This document shows, one piece after another, positions 18,674-33,600 of a DNA stretch of 64,000 bases. The position numbers and the translations under genes are program-made. Source of the DNA: an uncultured Pseudomonadales bacterium (GTDB lineage: Bacteria; Patescibacteriota; Microgenomatia; UBA1400; PJMF01). Position 1 is the stretch's first letter. Each line of letters begins with the position of its first letter. A model generated the notes under the pieces. That model did not search any database. It worked only from the letters and a program-made list of their open reading frames with translations, and was not told the origin of the DNA. The DNA is taken from contig CAZZBW010000001.1 in the NCBI GenBank assembly GCA_964653045.1, forward strand, positions 617 through 64,616, read 5' to 3'.

Positions 18674-21600
18674 TTAATTAACTATCCACCAATTAAATTG
18701 TAAGTCAGTATCCAGAGCTTGATCAACCGCCACACTGAAGTGGCCGGGGATGATCACTGTCTCTTCTGGCTTTTCCTCAGTTGCTTCAGTAATAATCTCT
18801 TGATCAGGCTGCTGCGAAGCGACGTACAGCACTTGATTCTGGGTGCTGCCTAGCGGAGTGATATAGACCAGGGATTTGTCAGTTATGGCTGAGGTCTCGA
18901 TCACCAGTAATGATTGGCCGGCGGGGAGGACGGCTTTGCCAGATGTCTTATCAGTGTTAATCACTGTATCTGCCGAGGCAGAGGCAGACTGGTCGCTCAA
19001 GTCTTCGCTGCCGATGCCGATCCCGCCGGCAAACTCAGCTCTGCCTTGAGCTGAGATGGTGGCCACGGGAGCGCCCGTGGCATCAACAATCTCGAAGCGG
19101 GAGTTTTTCAACTCGCCACTCTCACTGCTCGCACCAGCCACCTGCACTTGGAAGGGATTACCGAAATCAACTGGTTGGAGCAGGTTGCTCAAGAGTGAGC
19201 CTTCGGTGGTGATGTCACCAGCCACATGGAGGTTGCCGGTGATGTTGACCAGGCCGGTTTCGTCGAGGGTCATCAGCCCAGCCATGATCGAGAGCACGCC
19301 CTTGCCTGAGGGCTGAATCTGGAAGATAGCTAGCTCGCCCTCAGCTTCGGGATTGGCGGTAAAAGCCAAGTAGTTTTCAGTCAGCTGGACTTTATTACCA
19401 ATATTCAATTGTTGGCCAATGCCCAAGCTTTCAGCAATATAGCCAGTGCCATTAACGCGGAAGTACTCCTCGATGAAAAGGGCAGAGCCATTCAGGACTA
19501 CTTCTTCTTCAGTTAGGCTCAACTCTTCCAATGACTTATCAAAGCTGCTTAGCTCTTGGACAGTTGAGTCTAAGGAGGCGATCAACTGATTGATTTGATC
19601 TAGTTCTTGAGTAATTTCAGATTTTTCGTTGAAGAATAGCTCTGATAACGAAGGCTGAGTGAACGCCTCAGCGATATGCTGATCTAGATCGGCGATGTTT
19701 TCGACATATAGAGTACCAGAGACGGTGGCGTTTGCCAAAGAGGCGGTGAGCGCCGTGACCTCGTCGATCTTGGCCAGGTTTGACTCGATTACGTCAAACC
19801 TGGCCGCAGTTGCTTCAAGATCGGTAGCTTTGAGCTCGAGCTCAAAGCTCCCACTGTCCGCCACCAAGTTTTGTGTATCAACAGTGGTTGTCGTTACTGA
19901 GCTAGCGCTTAGTCCACCGCTGACAGTGACTTCTTGGGCGTTCAGCTCACCAAGCAGAGTGGGTTGAGTTGGGTCAAAGCTAACTGGGTCAGTCACACTC
20001 GGAGTAGGAGTGGGGCTAACCGCGCTTAATCTTTGGGCAATGCGCTCATCCAGGTATTGATCGATCGGGATTTGATTAATTGCTAATGTATTTACCTCAA
20101 GTTCATTGATTTCCGCGCGGCGATTGACAACCAAATCACTTAATTGCAGTATTTCTGGGATTGAAGCAATCAGCCCACTGGTATTTGCTAGAGCTTCATC
20201 AACTATCTCACGGACATAGATGGATAATGATTTTCCTCCGACTGATAAGGCATCAGCGGCAACATTTGTGGCTGAGATAGAATTAGCGACTAAGTTTGAG
20301 ATCAAAGCCTGGGTTGGAATACTAACTCGATTTATGACAGCTTCAGTGAAGCTGGCCTTGCCTGTTGCATCTACAGAAGCAAGGATTTTGCCCGTGTCAC
20401 CCTTGAACTCTAGACTGTTTGTCGTGATATTACGAGAAGCCAACTGATCAGTTATGATTTGATTGGACTCAACGATGGGTGAGACGAGCTTGTCTTCGAC
20501 AAAAATTTCTTTTGATAATACCAAACCAGCTGTGAGTTCGCCGATCATGCTTTGAGAGAAGGCTGATACCCGGTTGATTTTTTGACCACTTGGATCATAG
20601 ACGTCATATGAGCTATCAGCGGTGTGTGACAGGGATAATTGGCTGACACTTGTCAGCGAAGTGTCCGGATCAAACCAGCCAGGGTTAACAAAGGCGATTA
20701 CTTTTCCGATTAAGGTCCCGTCTGGAAGCCGATAGCAATCTTTGGTATATTCCAAAGGACTGCCGCCCTTGGGAAAATCTGGCCACAGTATGCCTTCGGC
20801 TGACGCCACGTACTGACAGCTTGCAGGATCGGGATTGAAGTTTTGTAATACATAACCAGCGCTGAAGCCAGCCTGTGAGCTGCGCATGCCAATACCAGGT
20901 AGATTTGAGCTAGTCACCCTATCCCCAGTTTTCAACGGACCGTTAATTGTGGATACCTTGACTGGTACTCTCCCGGCGAGAGCGACAGCCTTTTCCAAGT
21001 TTGGTGATTTTTTGTTTTCTCCCTCAGAATCATCCCATGGGATTCCTCCAATAAAACCAGGTTGTGTAGATACAATACCAACTAAGTTCTCGTCATATTG
21101 CCTCGAAGCCCTATCTAGTGTTTCAATCACACCGTCATTTGCGACTACTGATACCAGATCTCCTTTGGAGACACTTGTCTCGTTGACGTATGGGAATTTT
21201 TCGGCGTAGTCAAAAGAAGCACTTGACCAACCACCTCCTTCCGCTGTGTTGTACTGGGCGGTGGCAGAATCTGTCCAAAACCTGAACATTTTATCATCAT
21301 CAAGAGCGGCCATGTATATAAAACCTGCAGTTGAGGTGTTGGTTGCTCCCCCCAATATCCCTGCGTTATTCGCATTTATTTTGAGGTTCCCACCATAGAT
21401 CTCGAGTTTTTGACCAGCGCCCGTTGTTGTTCCGATGCCGAGATTACCGGAGGCAGTTAATATCATTTTCAGAGAGTTATTTGTGCCAAATCTAATATTT
21501 GAACCCGCCCTGTTCCAAATAAGTGCGTCATTTCCTTCACCGGTATAAGCGGAACCTCTTAGTCCAACAAGAAACAGGTCGCTTGACGCATTATTTCCAA

Positions 21601-24600
21601 ACTGCAAGAAGTTTGAAGCGCTGGTGCCGGTGCTTGTATTAGTTAAGTTTGCCGTGTAAGAGCTGCCATCTAGAGATGTAACAATATTCAACTTTGATGC
21701 TGGAGCAGTTGTCCCGATACCAACGTTGTCGCCGCTAATTGATAGCCTGGTGGCATCGGATCCTCCAGCAAAGGTATTAAAATCAAGTCTGCCTATTTCA
21801 CTGCCGGCAGTACTGCTAACAATATTCGCATTCATACTGGCATATTCTTGTTCAGCAAAGCCACTATCTAGTCCACCAAATGCAATTTCTCCCAAATTGG
21901 CTCCATTAGAATTGCTTGTGGTTTTTAGATAAAAAACACCAGCGGGAGAATTGCCACCCAACTGAAGATTAACGCCGCTAAGGACGCTGGACGTCTTTAT
22001 ACCAACATTTCCTATCACGATAGTATTTCTAAGAGCAGTATCTCCATCTACTTCCAAAGCGTCTTGCACATACAAATCTCCATCGCCTGTGGCACTGTTT
22101 ATTGTTCCTCCACTGCCAATCCGAACTTCATCTCCAGTTATTTGTAATTTGCCTAATGGGTTTGTTATCCCGATTCCGACGTTGCCTGTCCCGGCAGGCA
22201 TGAGGCTTAGGTGTTCGTTGGTGGCAGTAGTAATATCACTGGCGACGCCTGAAAAGTTGAGTGTTCCAGTCATGGTGTCGCCAGTGATATTCACCCAGTT
22301 GTCTGTAGAAGCAGGCATGTAGTAACTACCATGTTGATTATCTAGTAAATCTGCATTGAGATTTGTATTTAGAGTGGTAGAGGTAACAGCAAATGGAGAT
22401 GTACCTACAGCCAGTGAAGAAGTAATTTGACCTGAGTAGTTACCTAAGACACTATAGATATTGGCAAATCGAATGGCTGATGATCCCAGTTTTGAAGTGT
22501 TATTAGTTTGTCCACCAATATCTCCAGAGACCTGAAGCTTGAAGTTATTGGGATTGGTGGTTTCAATCCCGACGTTGCCGCCAAAATACGCAGCAACATT
22601 AGTATCTGCACCTGTTGGAGTTTCAACATACAAACCATAATTAGTTGAAGTACCGGTAAGGTTCATTGAGAGGGCGTTTTGGATATAGACACCATAGGCA
22701 TTAATAGTTCCACTAGTAACATTTCCACCTGCCTGGAATCTACCACCAATGGAGTGGGTAGTAGCGCCGTTGACTCCGGAGCTCCAACCAGAAAATTGTC
22801 CGCCGATAGTGTACTGTGTGCCTGTGGTTATCGCTGACATCTGGGAAGCCTGCAGAGCTCCTGCGGTAGTGGTACTGGCAGTGGTAGAAGTTGTTTGATA
22901 GTCGCTAATTAGACCAACACCAGCAGTTGCGGTACCAGTTAATCTGGTTTGAAAGATCGCCCCGAAACCGTACGCACCTGAAGCCAACGCGTCTTGAACT
23001 CGAAGTTTGGCATTTGGATTCGTCGTTCCAATACCGACGTTGCCGTTTCCTTTTATTGTAAGAGCATTTATAGGAGCGACTGCAGTTTTCGTTCGTATAA
23101 ATATATCTCCGTTATCATTGTTATATAAATTATCGATATATGAAGCTCCTGTACTATTATCATAAGTAAACTTTAATCCTTCGGTGGTAAGCGAGTCCCT
23201 ATCACTTAGAAATAGTACAGGATCAGTAGACTCGTTTGCAGATGCAATTTGAATATTACCATCGACATCGAGCTTTTGAAGTGGATTCGTTGTCCCGATA
23301 CCGACGTTACCGGCTGAGTCGATTCGCATTCTTTCAGTTCCTGTTGTAGTTGTTCCGTTAGCGGCGGTATAGAACAGCATATATGTAGTTGCATTCATCG
23401 CAGGTGTTCCTCCACCAAAGTGAAGAATGTTGTAGCCATTTTCACTTTGGGTTGTTGCTATTGCCACTGGTTCTTCTGCGTTAGTGTAATGATATCCTCC
23501 AAAACGACCCCATTTTTGTGTTGCGTTCGTTCTGGTTGAGGCTCCACTATCTGCTCCTAATATTAAAGCTAGTTGACCGTCGGCAATGTCTAACTTCCCG
23601 CCCGGACTTGTCGTTCCAATTCCTACCAGGTCACCAACTGTTGTTAGTCTCACAACGCTGCCATCATCTGTCCAACCACCGCCAATTGGACCGCCGGCAT
23701 TGATTGCTTCTCTGATACCTTGTTCTGTGACCAAAGTTGTGTCGTCGCCAGTAGCACCAACTGTAGTGGCAATGTAATTGACATTAGCACCTGTGGCCAA
23801 TTTAAGATCACCGTTGATGTGGAGTTTGGCAGAAGGAGTGGTGGTGCCGATGCCGACGTTGCCGTTGGCTGAAATTCTTAATCGCTCGTTGCCTGCAGCA
23901 CTTCCGGCAGTGAACATGGATATTACTCCCGCGGCGTTATTGGCTGTGAGAGACAAACCTCCTGAGTCATATCCAACTAAAGCTGTGGTGAGCGGAGCAT
24001 ATGCGCCTGAACCAGAGTAAGTTGAGCCGATGGAGTGAAGTGCAGCACCAACCGCTGCATCGGCATTACCACTATTTATTCTTAAAACACCATAGCCAGC
24101 GGTATTGGTATTGTCGATGAAAGCGCCGATACTACCGGTTGATGAACCACTGATAGCTAATTTATTGCCTGGAGAAGTGGTGCCAATACCGACGTTGCCA
24201 CCATTAGTTTGTAATGCTAATGCTTGATTACTCGCTTCCGTTGTCAAAATGGCATAGGAGTTATATACATTGAAATCCAGACCGGAACTTACTCCACCGA
24301 GACGCAAAGCGTTTCCGTTTGATCCATAAATGAATTGACCGTTCCCAACAACATCCAGTTTGTAACTCGGAGCAGTGGTGCCGATGCCGACATTGCTAGC
24401 AAGTGGATTTAAGATGAGAGGTGTTGATCCGTATGTTTGTATCCAACCGTAACTACCGGAAAGGTGTCCCATCGCAGTGCCGAACGCCCCTGAGGAAGGT
24501 GGTGTTCCTGAATCACTGATATCAGAATATCCACCAACAACACGTAATTTTGCTGATGGACTCGTCGTTCCAATACCCACGTTACCATTAGCAAAGATCG

Positions 24601-27600
24601 CGGCATAATTTGCAGTAGTGCCACCCGTTGCACTTGCATACAGCCCTACATTGGTTGAAGTTGTGCCGGCATGAGTATTGGTAATATATGCACCATAAGT
24701 TGTTTGAGCCGAAGTAACATTTGTGCCAGAAAGAGAAATATTCAAGCCTTTTTGAGTACTGCCAGTTGCTGCAGTAGAAGTTGTGACTAAGTCTAGTAAA
24801 GAACCAGAGCTTAGAGTGCTGGAACTGATTGCCAGCCCTTTGCCCGTAGTAAGTGAGTTGACATTGATTGCCATGGCATTACCAGTTGCGGTCGCATCAT
24901 CTAGCTGAAAGCCGTTGCCCGTATGAGCACCTGTGAAGTTAAATCTCACTCCACCATTACTGAAAGCTGAAGTAGAAGGAGAAGTAACATACAGAGCATT
25001 CCCAGTCAGTCCAGTTCCACCGGCTGTAATAGATAGGGCCGTGCCTGATGTCAGAGCAGTACCGGAGATACTGGATAGAGTTCCTGTTGTAGCTGAGTTA
25101 GCTGTCAGAGTCAGTAGCCCTGTCCCGGTATATATTCCGGTAGTAGCAATGGTGGCGCCGTTACCTGCGGTAGCGGCGCCCATATCTATATTAAGTAACT
25201 TTCCTCCCGTTGTCAGGCCTGCTCCAGAGCGAGCAAGAGAGAACATCGTTCCACTAGTTAGAGAAGTACTACTAGATGTTAGACCTGTACCAGTAGTCAG
25301 AGAGTTCCATGTCCAAGTAGAAGTATTAGCTCCCATTGTTAGTGACTGAGCACCCACTGGACTCTGAATCGCATCCCAGGTAGTACTACCAGTAGAGATA
25401 GTTGTCCAAGAAGTATTACCACTCCCATCTGTAGTCAGCATCTGATTAAGATCACCATCATTAGCAGGTAAAGTCAGAGTCCAATCACCTGCTGCTTCTG
25501 CAGGTTGGATTTGAGTGTAACCAGAAGTGTTGCCAGTTAGCCTGAGCGTTCCTCTACTAGTTCCTGCCGTACCTAGTTGAAGCATGGCACTGGGAGCAGT
25601 GGTACCGATGCCGACGTTGCCACTAACTATCATTGATCCTGCCCCAGGATCAGTGACTATATAGCCATTTCCCAAAGATAAGCCACCAGTTGCAGATAAT
25701 CGCATTTTTTCTGAACCAGCGGTTTGGAAGCCAATTAAGCTGTTTTGGTAACCATATATTGTTGAGGTGCCCCAAGACACACCATAGCCATCAGAAAGAC
25801 CGATATAGCCTGAATCGACTGTTAATTTATACGTTGGACTGGTTGTCCCAATTCCCACATTCCCCATAAAGTGACCTGTGCCAGTATTAGCATCTGCTCT
25901 GAACTTAGCACTGGCGGTGGAGTTACCACCGATATATAGATTAAGAGACTGATTAGTAGGAGAGAGTCCTTGGTTAGCTAGTGTCCAGTAGTTAGTACCC
26001 ACAGTAGTAGGATCTGTCCAAGTCGGAGCTGTATTAGCCCCAGCAGAAGTCAATAGATATCCAGACGTTCCTGCTGCTGCTCCTGGCATGATTGCACCAG
26101 AAAATTGGAGATTACCAGCAATATCTAACTTCTGAGTTGGATTAGTACTTCCGATACCAACGTTGCCGGCAGTGGGGGCCATGATCAGATTAGCTGCGGG
26201 AGTGATGGTGATATTACCAGTGCTGTTGGCAATGGTGGAGGCAGCTCCAGCGATGTGGAGTCTGGCAGTAGGGTTAGTTGTGCCAATACCCAAGTTGCCT
26301 GTGAAGTGGCCAGTGCCGGTATCAGCATCTGCTCTGAACTTGGCACTGGCTGTAGAGTTACCACCTATATATAGGTTAAGAGTTGTGTTGGTGGGGTATA
26401 AACCTTGGTTAGCTAGACTCCAGTAAGACCCACCTCCTGTAGCAGTCATCTCAATCCAGGTAGGATCAGCTCCAGCCCCATTGGTAGAGAGGACATAGCC
26501 AGCCGTACTAGGAGCGAGGGTAGACATGGCACCTGTGTTATTGAAGAAAGGTACACTTCCTCTAGCTACTGCACTCCAGTTCTGACCAGTACCACCATAG
26601 GTAGTGCTCAATGTTCCCCAGGTGGGAGCAGCAGCTCCACCAGAAATGAGAGCCATACCAGAAGTACCAGCTGTTAAGTGTCCATAAGCAGCAGTCCCAG
26701 TAGAGTAGATGATCTCACCAGCTCCACCAGCAGTCATGTTAGCTCCCAGGCCTCCACGAGTGACATTAACATACTGTTCTGCAGCGAGAGTGTTAGAGTC
26801 TGGTGACCAGTAAGCGTTGTAACCATTTGTCCCAGAACCATCAACCAATGAAGTTCCCCAGACCCTAGTATCAATGCTCCGAGTCTGGAGAGTACCTGAG
26901 CTATGAGTAACAACTGTATCAGTGCTACCGGCACCTAATGTACCAACTACCAAATTATCATCTGTCTTAAGAGTATCTGCGGCAGAGCGATAGAGATTAG
27001 TATCACTGCCAAAGCCAATTCCTCCCACAGCTGTGGTAGCTGCGGCTAGGTTGAGCTTGAAAGCTGGAGCGGTGGTACCGATACCGACGTTGCCGGAAAC
27101 TTGTTGGACAAAAAACGGATCAATTACTCCATAAGTATCAATATATACACCCTGTCCTGAAACAGCTCGAATCGAATGATTAATATCTAGCATATATAGC
27201 GTGTTATTAACAAGCGCGTTACCGACCACTTCTAATTTCTGCGTTGGAACCGTTGTCCCAATCCCTACATTCCCCATGAAGTGACCAGCACCAGTATTGG
27301 CATCTGCTCTGAACTTAGCACTGGCTGTGGAGTTACCACCAACATATAGATTGAGAGTAGTATTAGTTGGATGAAGTCCTTGGTTAGCTAGTGTCCAGTA
27401 GTTAGTACCAACAGTAGTAGGATCTGTCCAAGTCGGAGCTGTATTAGCTCCAGCTGAAGTCAATAGATATCCAGATGTTCCTGCTGCTGCTCCGGGCATG
27501 ATTGCACCAGAGAACTGGAGATTACCAACAATATCGAGTTTCTGAGCAGGAGCGGTACTACCGATACCGACGTTGCCAGAATCAACAATAAGACCATAGT

Positions 27601-30600
27601 TTTTAACTGCTCCAGTAGCAGAAAAGTATCCCGCTACGTTAGTTGATGTGTTTATACCACCACCTGTTGCTGTTGAATAAATTCCATATCTTGTTTGGCT
27701 GTCTATAGATCCAATTTGTGAAACACTGACTGCTTTTCCACCACTAACCATTGTATCTGCGTATATATCTAAATAAGCTCCCGGACTTGTCGTTCCCACT
27801 CCTACATTCCCCCCCATATCTACCACAAACGGTGTGGTATCAGCATAAGTACCATCATCATTCACCCGTAGAGCTAGAGCACCAGTTCCAGTCTGAGAAG
27901 TAGTAATATTGAGAGCAGTACCAGAACCAAGAGCATCAGTACCAAGTAGCCCTACCTTAAGCGCACTCCCATCTACATCAGCATCTGCATTGTTATACTC
28001 AAACTTAGCCAGATCACCTGTCCAAGTAGAAGCTGGAGCACCTGTAGCAGAGAGATTAAGTAATCCTCCGCTCGATAGAGCAGTAGAAGAAGTAGAGAGA
28101 GAGAACATCGTTCCACTAGTCAGAGAAGTACTACTAGATGTTAGACCTGTACCAGTAGTCAGAGAGTTCCATGTCCAAGTAGAAGTATTAGCTCCCATTG
28201 TTAGTGACTGAGCACCCACTGGACTCTGAATCGCATCCCAGGTAGTACTACCAGTAGAGATAGTTGTCCAAGAAGTATTACCACTCCCATCTGTAGTCAG
28301 CATCTGATTAAGATCACCATCATTAGCAGGTAAAGTCAGAGTCCAATCACCTGCTGCTTCTGCAGGTTGGATTTGAGTGTAACCAGAAGTGTTGCCAGTT
28401 AGCCTGAGCGTTCCTCTACTAGTTCCTGCCGTACCTAGTTGAAGCATGGCACCGGGAGCGGTGGTGCCGATCCCCAAATTACCTGCAAAGTAACCAGCCC
28501 CAGTGGCTCCATCAGCCATGAATTTGGCACTGGCAGTGGAGTTACCACCTACGTAGAGATTGAGAGTGGTGTTGGTGGCGTGTAGACCTTGGTTAGCTAG
28601 TGTCCAGTAGCTGGTGCCTGTGATAGTACTTGGATCCGTCCAAGTCGGGGTGGCGCCGGCACCAGCGGAAGTCAGAAGGTATCCGCTGGTGCCGGCAGAG
28701 CTACCTGGCATGATTGCTCCAGAGAATTGGACATTACCAACGACGTCTAGTTTCTGAGCTGGAGCGGTACTACCGACACCAACATTGCCGGTTGGAACCA
28801 AGAAATTACCGGTACCACTCAGGTTAGCAATGATGTCGCCAGCGCCGTATGTTTTGAGTGTCAGGTTATTACTTTCCCAGGCTTCGCCGACAGTGATGCT
28901 AAATGGCCCATAAGTCTGAATGTTTGAGCTAGTTTGGTTGGTGAAAATTAGGTCGTACGCCATCGACACATCACCTGCAGCGGTGAATTGATGGGGGACG
29001 GCACTGGTGATCTGATTTTGTGCGACAGAAAATACTTCGCTATCGTTGTTATATATTCCCAAAATTTTGCCAATGTTGCCGTATTGACCGACATTTAGCT
29101 TAAACAAGTCGCCGGTGGCATATACTTCGGTGGAACCAGATGGGTTCCAGTTGAGGTAAGCCAAGTTACCGGTCGTCAGAGCAGTTGAGGTTGATTCAAA
29201 ATACAGGCCGTTGCCGGTAGTCAAGCCGTCGAGGCTGACGTTGATACCGTTGCCTGAAGTGATCGAGTCGCCGGTTAGATTAAGCAAACTGGTGGTGTTG
29301 GTACTGACAATGTTGAGTTTGGCATTGGGCGCGGTGGAGCCAATACCGACATTGCCGGCGCTGGTGACATTAAACAAGGAGTTGACGTCGAAGAACGAAA
29401 GAGGTGAAGTGGAGCCAATACCCACATTACCATTATTTAGAATGGTGAAACGCTCGGTCAGACCAGCATCTCCGCCAGTTGAGGTGCGGATGCCGAAGGT
29501 ACCGCCATTGAGGATGTTGAGTTTTGTGGCTGGGTTGGCGCCTGTAGGGACTGCTAGCGCGAGGTTGCCAGAAATACTAGCGGTGGGTGTGCCAGAGTTA
29601 ACGTTGAGGAAGGCGAACTTGGCAGAAGAAGAAGCAGTTCCGCCGATCAGCATATCTAGAGAAGTGTTGTTTGGCGAAATTGTGCCGGCATTTACAGTCC
29701 AGTTGCTGGAGGGGCCACAGTTGCCTGAAGCATCACACACCATTTTGTCGCCCCAGTACAGGCTGCTTGAAGCCGCACCGGCAGCAGCGGAAGTGTTGAG
29801 GACATTGTTGGCGCCAGCCGCCCCCAGGCGGATGGCGCCACTCACGTCTAATTTTTGTGAAGGTGTGGTTGTCCCAATCCCTACATTTCCAGCAAAGTAT
29901 CCTTGTCCGGTTGCTCCATCAGCCATGAACTTGGCAGTGGCTGTGGCATCACCACCCACATATAGATTCAGCGATTGATTAGTAGCAGATAGTCCTTGGT
30001 TAGCTAATGTCCAGTAGTTAGTTCCAGTAATAGTACTTGGATCTGTCCAAGTAGGAGTACCTGATCCAGCGCTCGTTAACAGATAACCAGTGGTACCGAC
30101 ACTACTAAAGCCATATGCAGTCCCAGTAGAGTAAGCAATCGTGCCAGCTGAACCTACAGTAGTAGCATTAGTCCCACCATTTCCAACTCCTAATGTTCCT
30201 GTTACTTCAGCTGATGCTAGATTAATCGCTGCACTGATTAGATCCTTATTAGCATTAGTCTTAACTGGCAGAGAAGCAGTTAGACCTGTGACTCGCACAT
30301 CACCCGCAACTTCCAGCTTTTGAGCTGGGGTGATAGTTCCAATTCCGACATTACCAGAATTAGCTAGAAATATCTGGTTGCCCCCGTCTTGAGATTTGAG
30401 TAACAAACCAGAAACTGTATTTGCCGTACTAATTGTTGCTGGGTTTGTACCGTCATAAGTTGTAAACAATAGCGATCTATTTGCGGAATCTCTGATGCGT
30501 AAGGAACCACCTGTTCCAGCAAGTATGTCAACAAATGAGATGGGATTCGTAGTTCCAATTCCCACGTTTGTCCCGTTGTTATATAGAAGTGAATTAGCAA

Positions 30601-33600
30601 TCCAAGAAGTACCATCATGGCGGAGGGTCTGACCGCTGGTACCAGTGGGGAGCAGCACACTAGATAAATTTGTCCAGACTGGGGCAGTATTCGCTCCTTG
30701 GCTCTGTAAGTAATATCCACTGGTACCAGCTAAGCCGCCTGGCATCAGGGCATTACTAAACTGGAGATTGCCAGCAATGTCTAGTTTTTGAGCTGGAGCA
30801 GTGGTGCCGATGCCGACGTTACCGGTAGTATTTATAACGAATTTTTGGTTCGCCGCATTGTAATCGGTGCCGATTCCGTAACTATATTGGGCACCGCCAT
30901 AAAATACACCAGAAAACCATGATGCGCTTGCTCCTGTGTATTGAATTCCAGCAATGCGGTCTATTGCTCCTCTGGTTAACTCTAAAATGGCTGAATTTCC
31001 TTCAAATTTAGCCATTGTTGCCAAGGATGGACCATTGGTAACATTCAAAATTACGCTTGGACTCGTCGTCCCAATTCCCACATTCCCCATGAAGTGACCA
31101 GCACCAGTGTTTGCATCTGCTCTAAACTTAGCACTGGCGGTGGAGTTTCCACCGATATATAGATTAAGAGACTGATTAGTAGGAGAGAGTCCTTGGTTGG
31201 CTAGTGTCCAGTAGTTAGTACCAACAGTAGTAGGATCTGTCCAAGTAGGAGTACCTGATCCAGCACTGGTTAACAGGTATCCGGTAGTACCAACACTACT
31301 GAAGCCATATGCAGTCCCAGTAGAGTAAGCAATCGTGCCAGCTGAACCGACTGTCGTGGCTCCCGTACCACCATATCCAACTCCCAGAGTACCAGTCACT
31401 TCAGTCGAACCCAAGTTAATCGCTTCACTGATCAGATCTTTATTAGCATTAGTTTTAACAGGTAGAGAAGCAGTTAGACCTGTGACTCGCACATCACCCG
31501 CAACTTCCAGCTTTTGAGCTGGTGCAGTGGTACCGATACCGACGTTGCCGGTAGAACTAATTGCTAACCTTGTCGTAGTTGTCTGGTTAAAATATATTGG
31601 ACCATCGCTTCTTTGATTTGCGATAATTGCAGAAAGACCACTGGCCGCTCCCGTAATTTTAACCCCATTGGATGAATCAAGTGAAGCTCTAATAAGGATA
31701 GATGGGGCACTGCCGGCAACATCTAAATTTGAACCGGCGATCGTCGTCCCAATCCCGACGTTCCCCATAAAGTGACCTGCACCAGTGTTTGCATCTGCTC
31801 TAAACTTAGCACTTGCCGTGGAGTTACCACCGATATATAGATTTAGAGACTGATTAGTAGGAGAGAGTCCTTGGTTAGCTAATGTCCAGTAGTTAGTACC
31901 CACAGTAGTAGGATCTGTCCAAGTAGGAGCTGTATTAGTCCCAGCAGAAGTCAATAGATATCCAGATGTTCCTGCTGCTGCTCCTGGCATGATTGCACCA
32001 GAGAATTGGAGGTTACCGGCTATGTCTAGTTTCTGAGCTGGTACTGTTGTCCCAATCCCTACGTTTGTCCCATCGTTATGTAGAAGTGAGTTAGCAATCC
32101 AAGATGTGCCGTCGTGTCTGAGGGTCTGGCCGCTGGTACCAGTGGGGAGTAACACACTAGACAAATTTGTCCAGACTGGGGCAACATTGGCTCCTTGGCT
32201 CTGTAAGTAATATCCACTGGTACCAGCTAAGCCGCCTGGCATCAGGGCACCACTGAACTGCAGGTTACCAGCTATATCTAGTTTCTGAGTGGGAGCAGTA
32301 CTACCAATGCCGACATTGCCAAGTGGATTAACAACAAATAATGATTGCGATGTTGAATCTTGAATCTGAAAGATATTGGCTGTCTGAGAAGCTGCTCCCT
32401 TAAGAATAAGGGCGTTATCTGTGGCGGTGTTGGACTGTAAGGTAAAATCATCGCTTGTCCAAATACCATTGAATTTTATTAAACCGTATCTTGAAGCAGA
32501 TGCTTGGGGGTATTGGTTAACGGTGCCGCTGGTAGTGTTGTTGGTCAAATACGAGTAATAGAGGTTAGCAACTCCGCCAGTACTGATGTCGTAGTCTGAA
32601 CCCCCAAAATAACTATTTTTTGCATTTACGGTATAGGCACCAGGAACATATAGTCCATACCTGGTGCCAGTAAAGTATCCAACGCTTGACACAGTAGTTC
32701 TCTCAATTGAAATTGTTTGCCAATTGTTGTATATGCCAACGGCGTCTTTATAGTCACCTCTTACCGATACGTTGCTGTCAAATATTGAAAGGGATGCGTT
32801 CGAGCTAAATATTCCATATAAGCTTCCGGAGCCAGTTGTTGATGAAACCGAAATAGACACATCACGGATAATGTTGCCGGATGTCCCTGATCCGGCGCCA
32901 ACTGTTATTGCTGCTACTGATCCGATATCTTTAATGTTTGTTGTATTACTGATTTGAATATCTTCTATCGACGATCCGCTACCAGACAAGTTCACTATAT
33001 AATTTATGCCTGTTCCTGCCGTTCCATCCCCATTTATTACAACATTTCCCGCACGTGATTTAAGTGTCGTATATGCAGGAACCAGTACGTTTTCAGTATA
33101 AGTACCAGGTAACACTTCAACTAAAAAGCGATTGTCTGGTGCTGGTGATTGTGTAGAAACATAAGTCATTGCGGCAGAAATGGTTGTGAAATCACCTTCG
33201 CCGTCAGGATCGACCACGACAGCGTGATCATAGGGACTCAGCATGCCGTCTTGAAATCTCACCTGACCTCCAGTTACGTCTAGCTTGTATTGAGGAGCAG
33301 TCGTCCCAATTCCTACATTCCCCATAAAGTGACCAGCACCAGTATTAGCATCCGCTCTGAATTTAGCTGAGGCTGTGGAGTTACCACCAACATACAGATT
33401 AAGAGATTGATTAGTAGGAGATAGTCCTTGATTAGCCAGTGTCCAGTAGTTTGTACCTACAGTAGTAGGATCTGTCCAAGTAGGAGTTCCTGTTCCAGCA
33501 CTGGTAAGTAAGTAACCTGTAGTACCAACACTACTGAATCCATATGCAGTCCCAGTAGAGTAAGCAACACTACCAGCTGAGCCTACCGTAGTAGCATTAG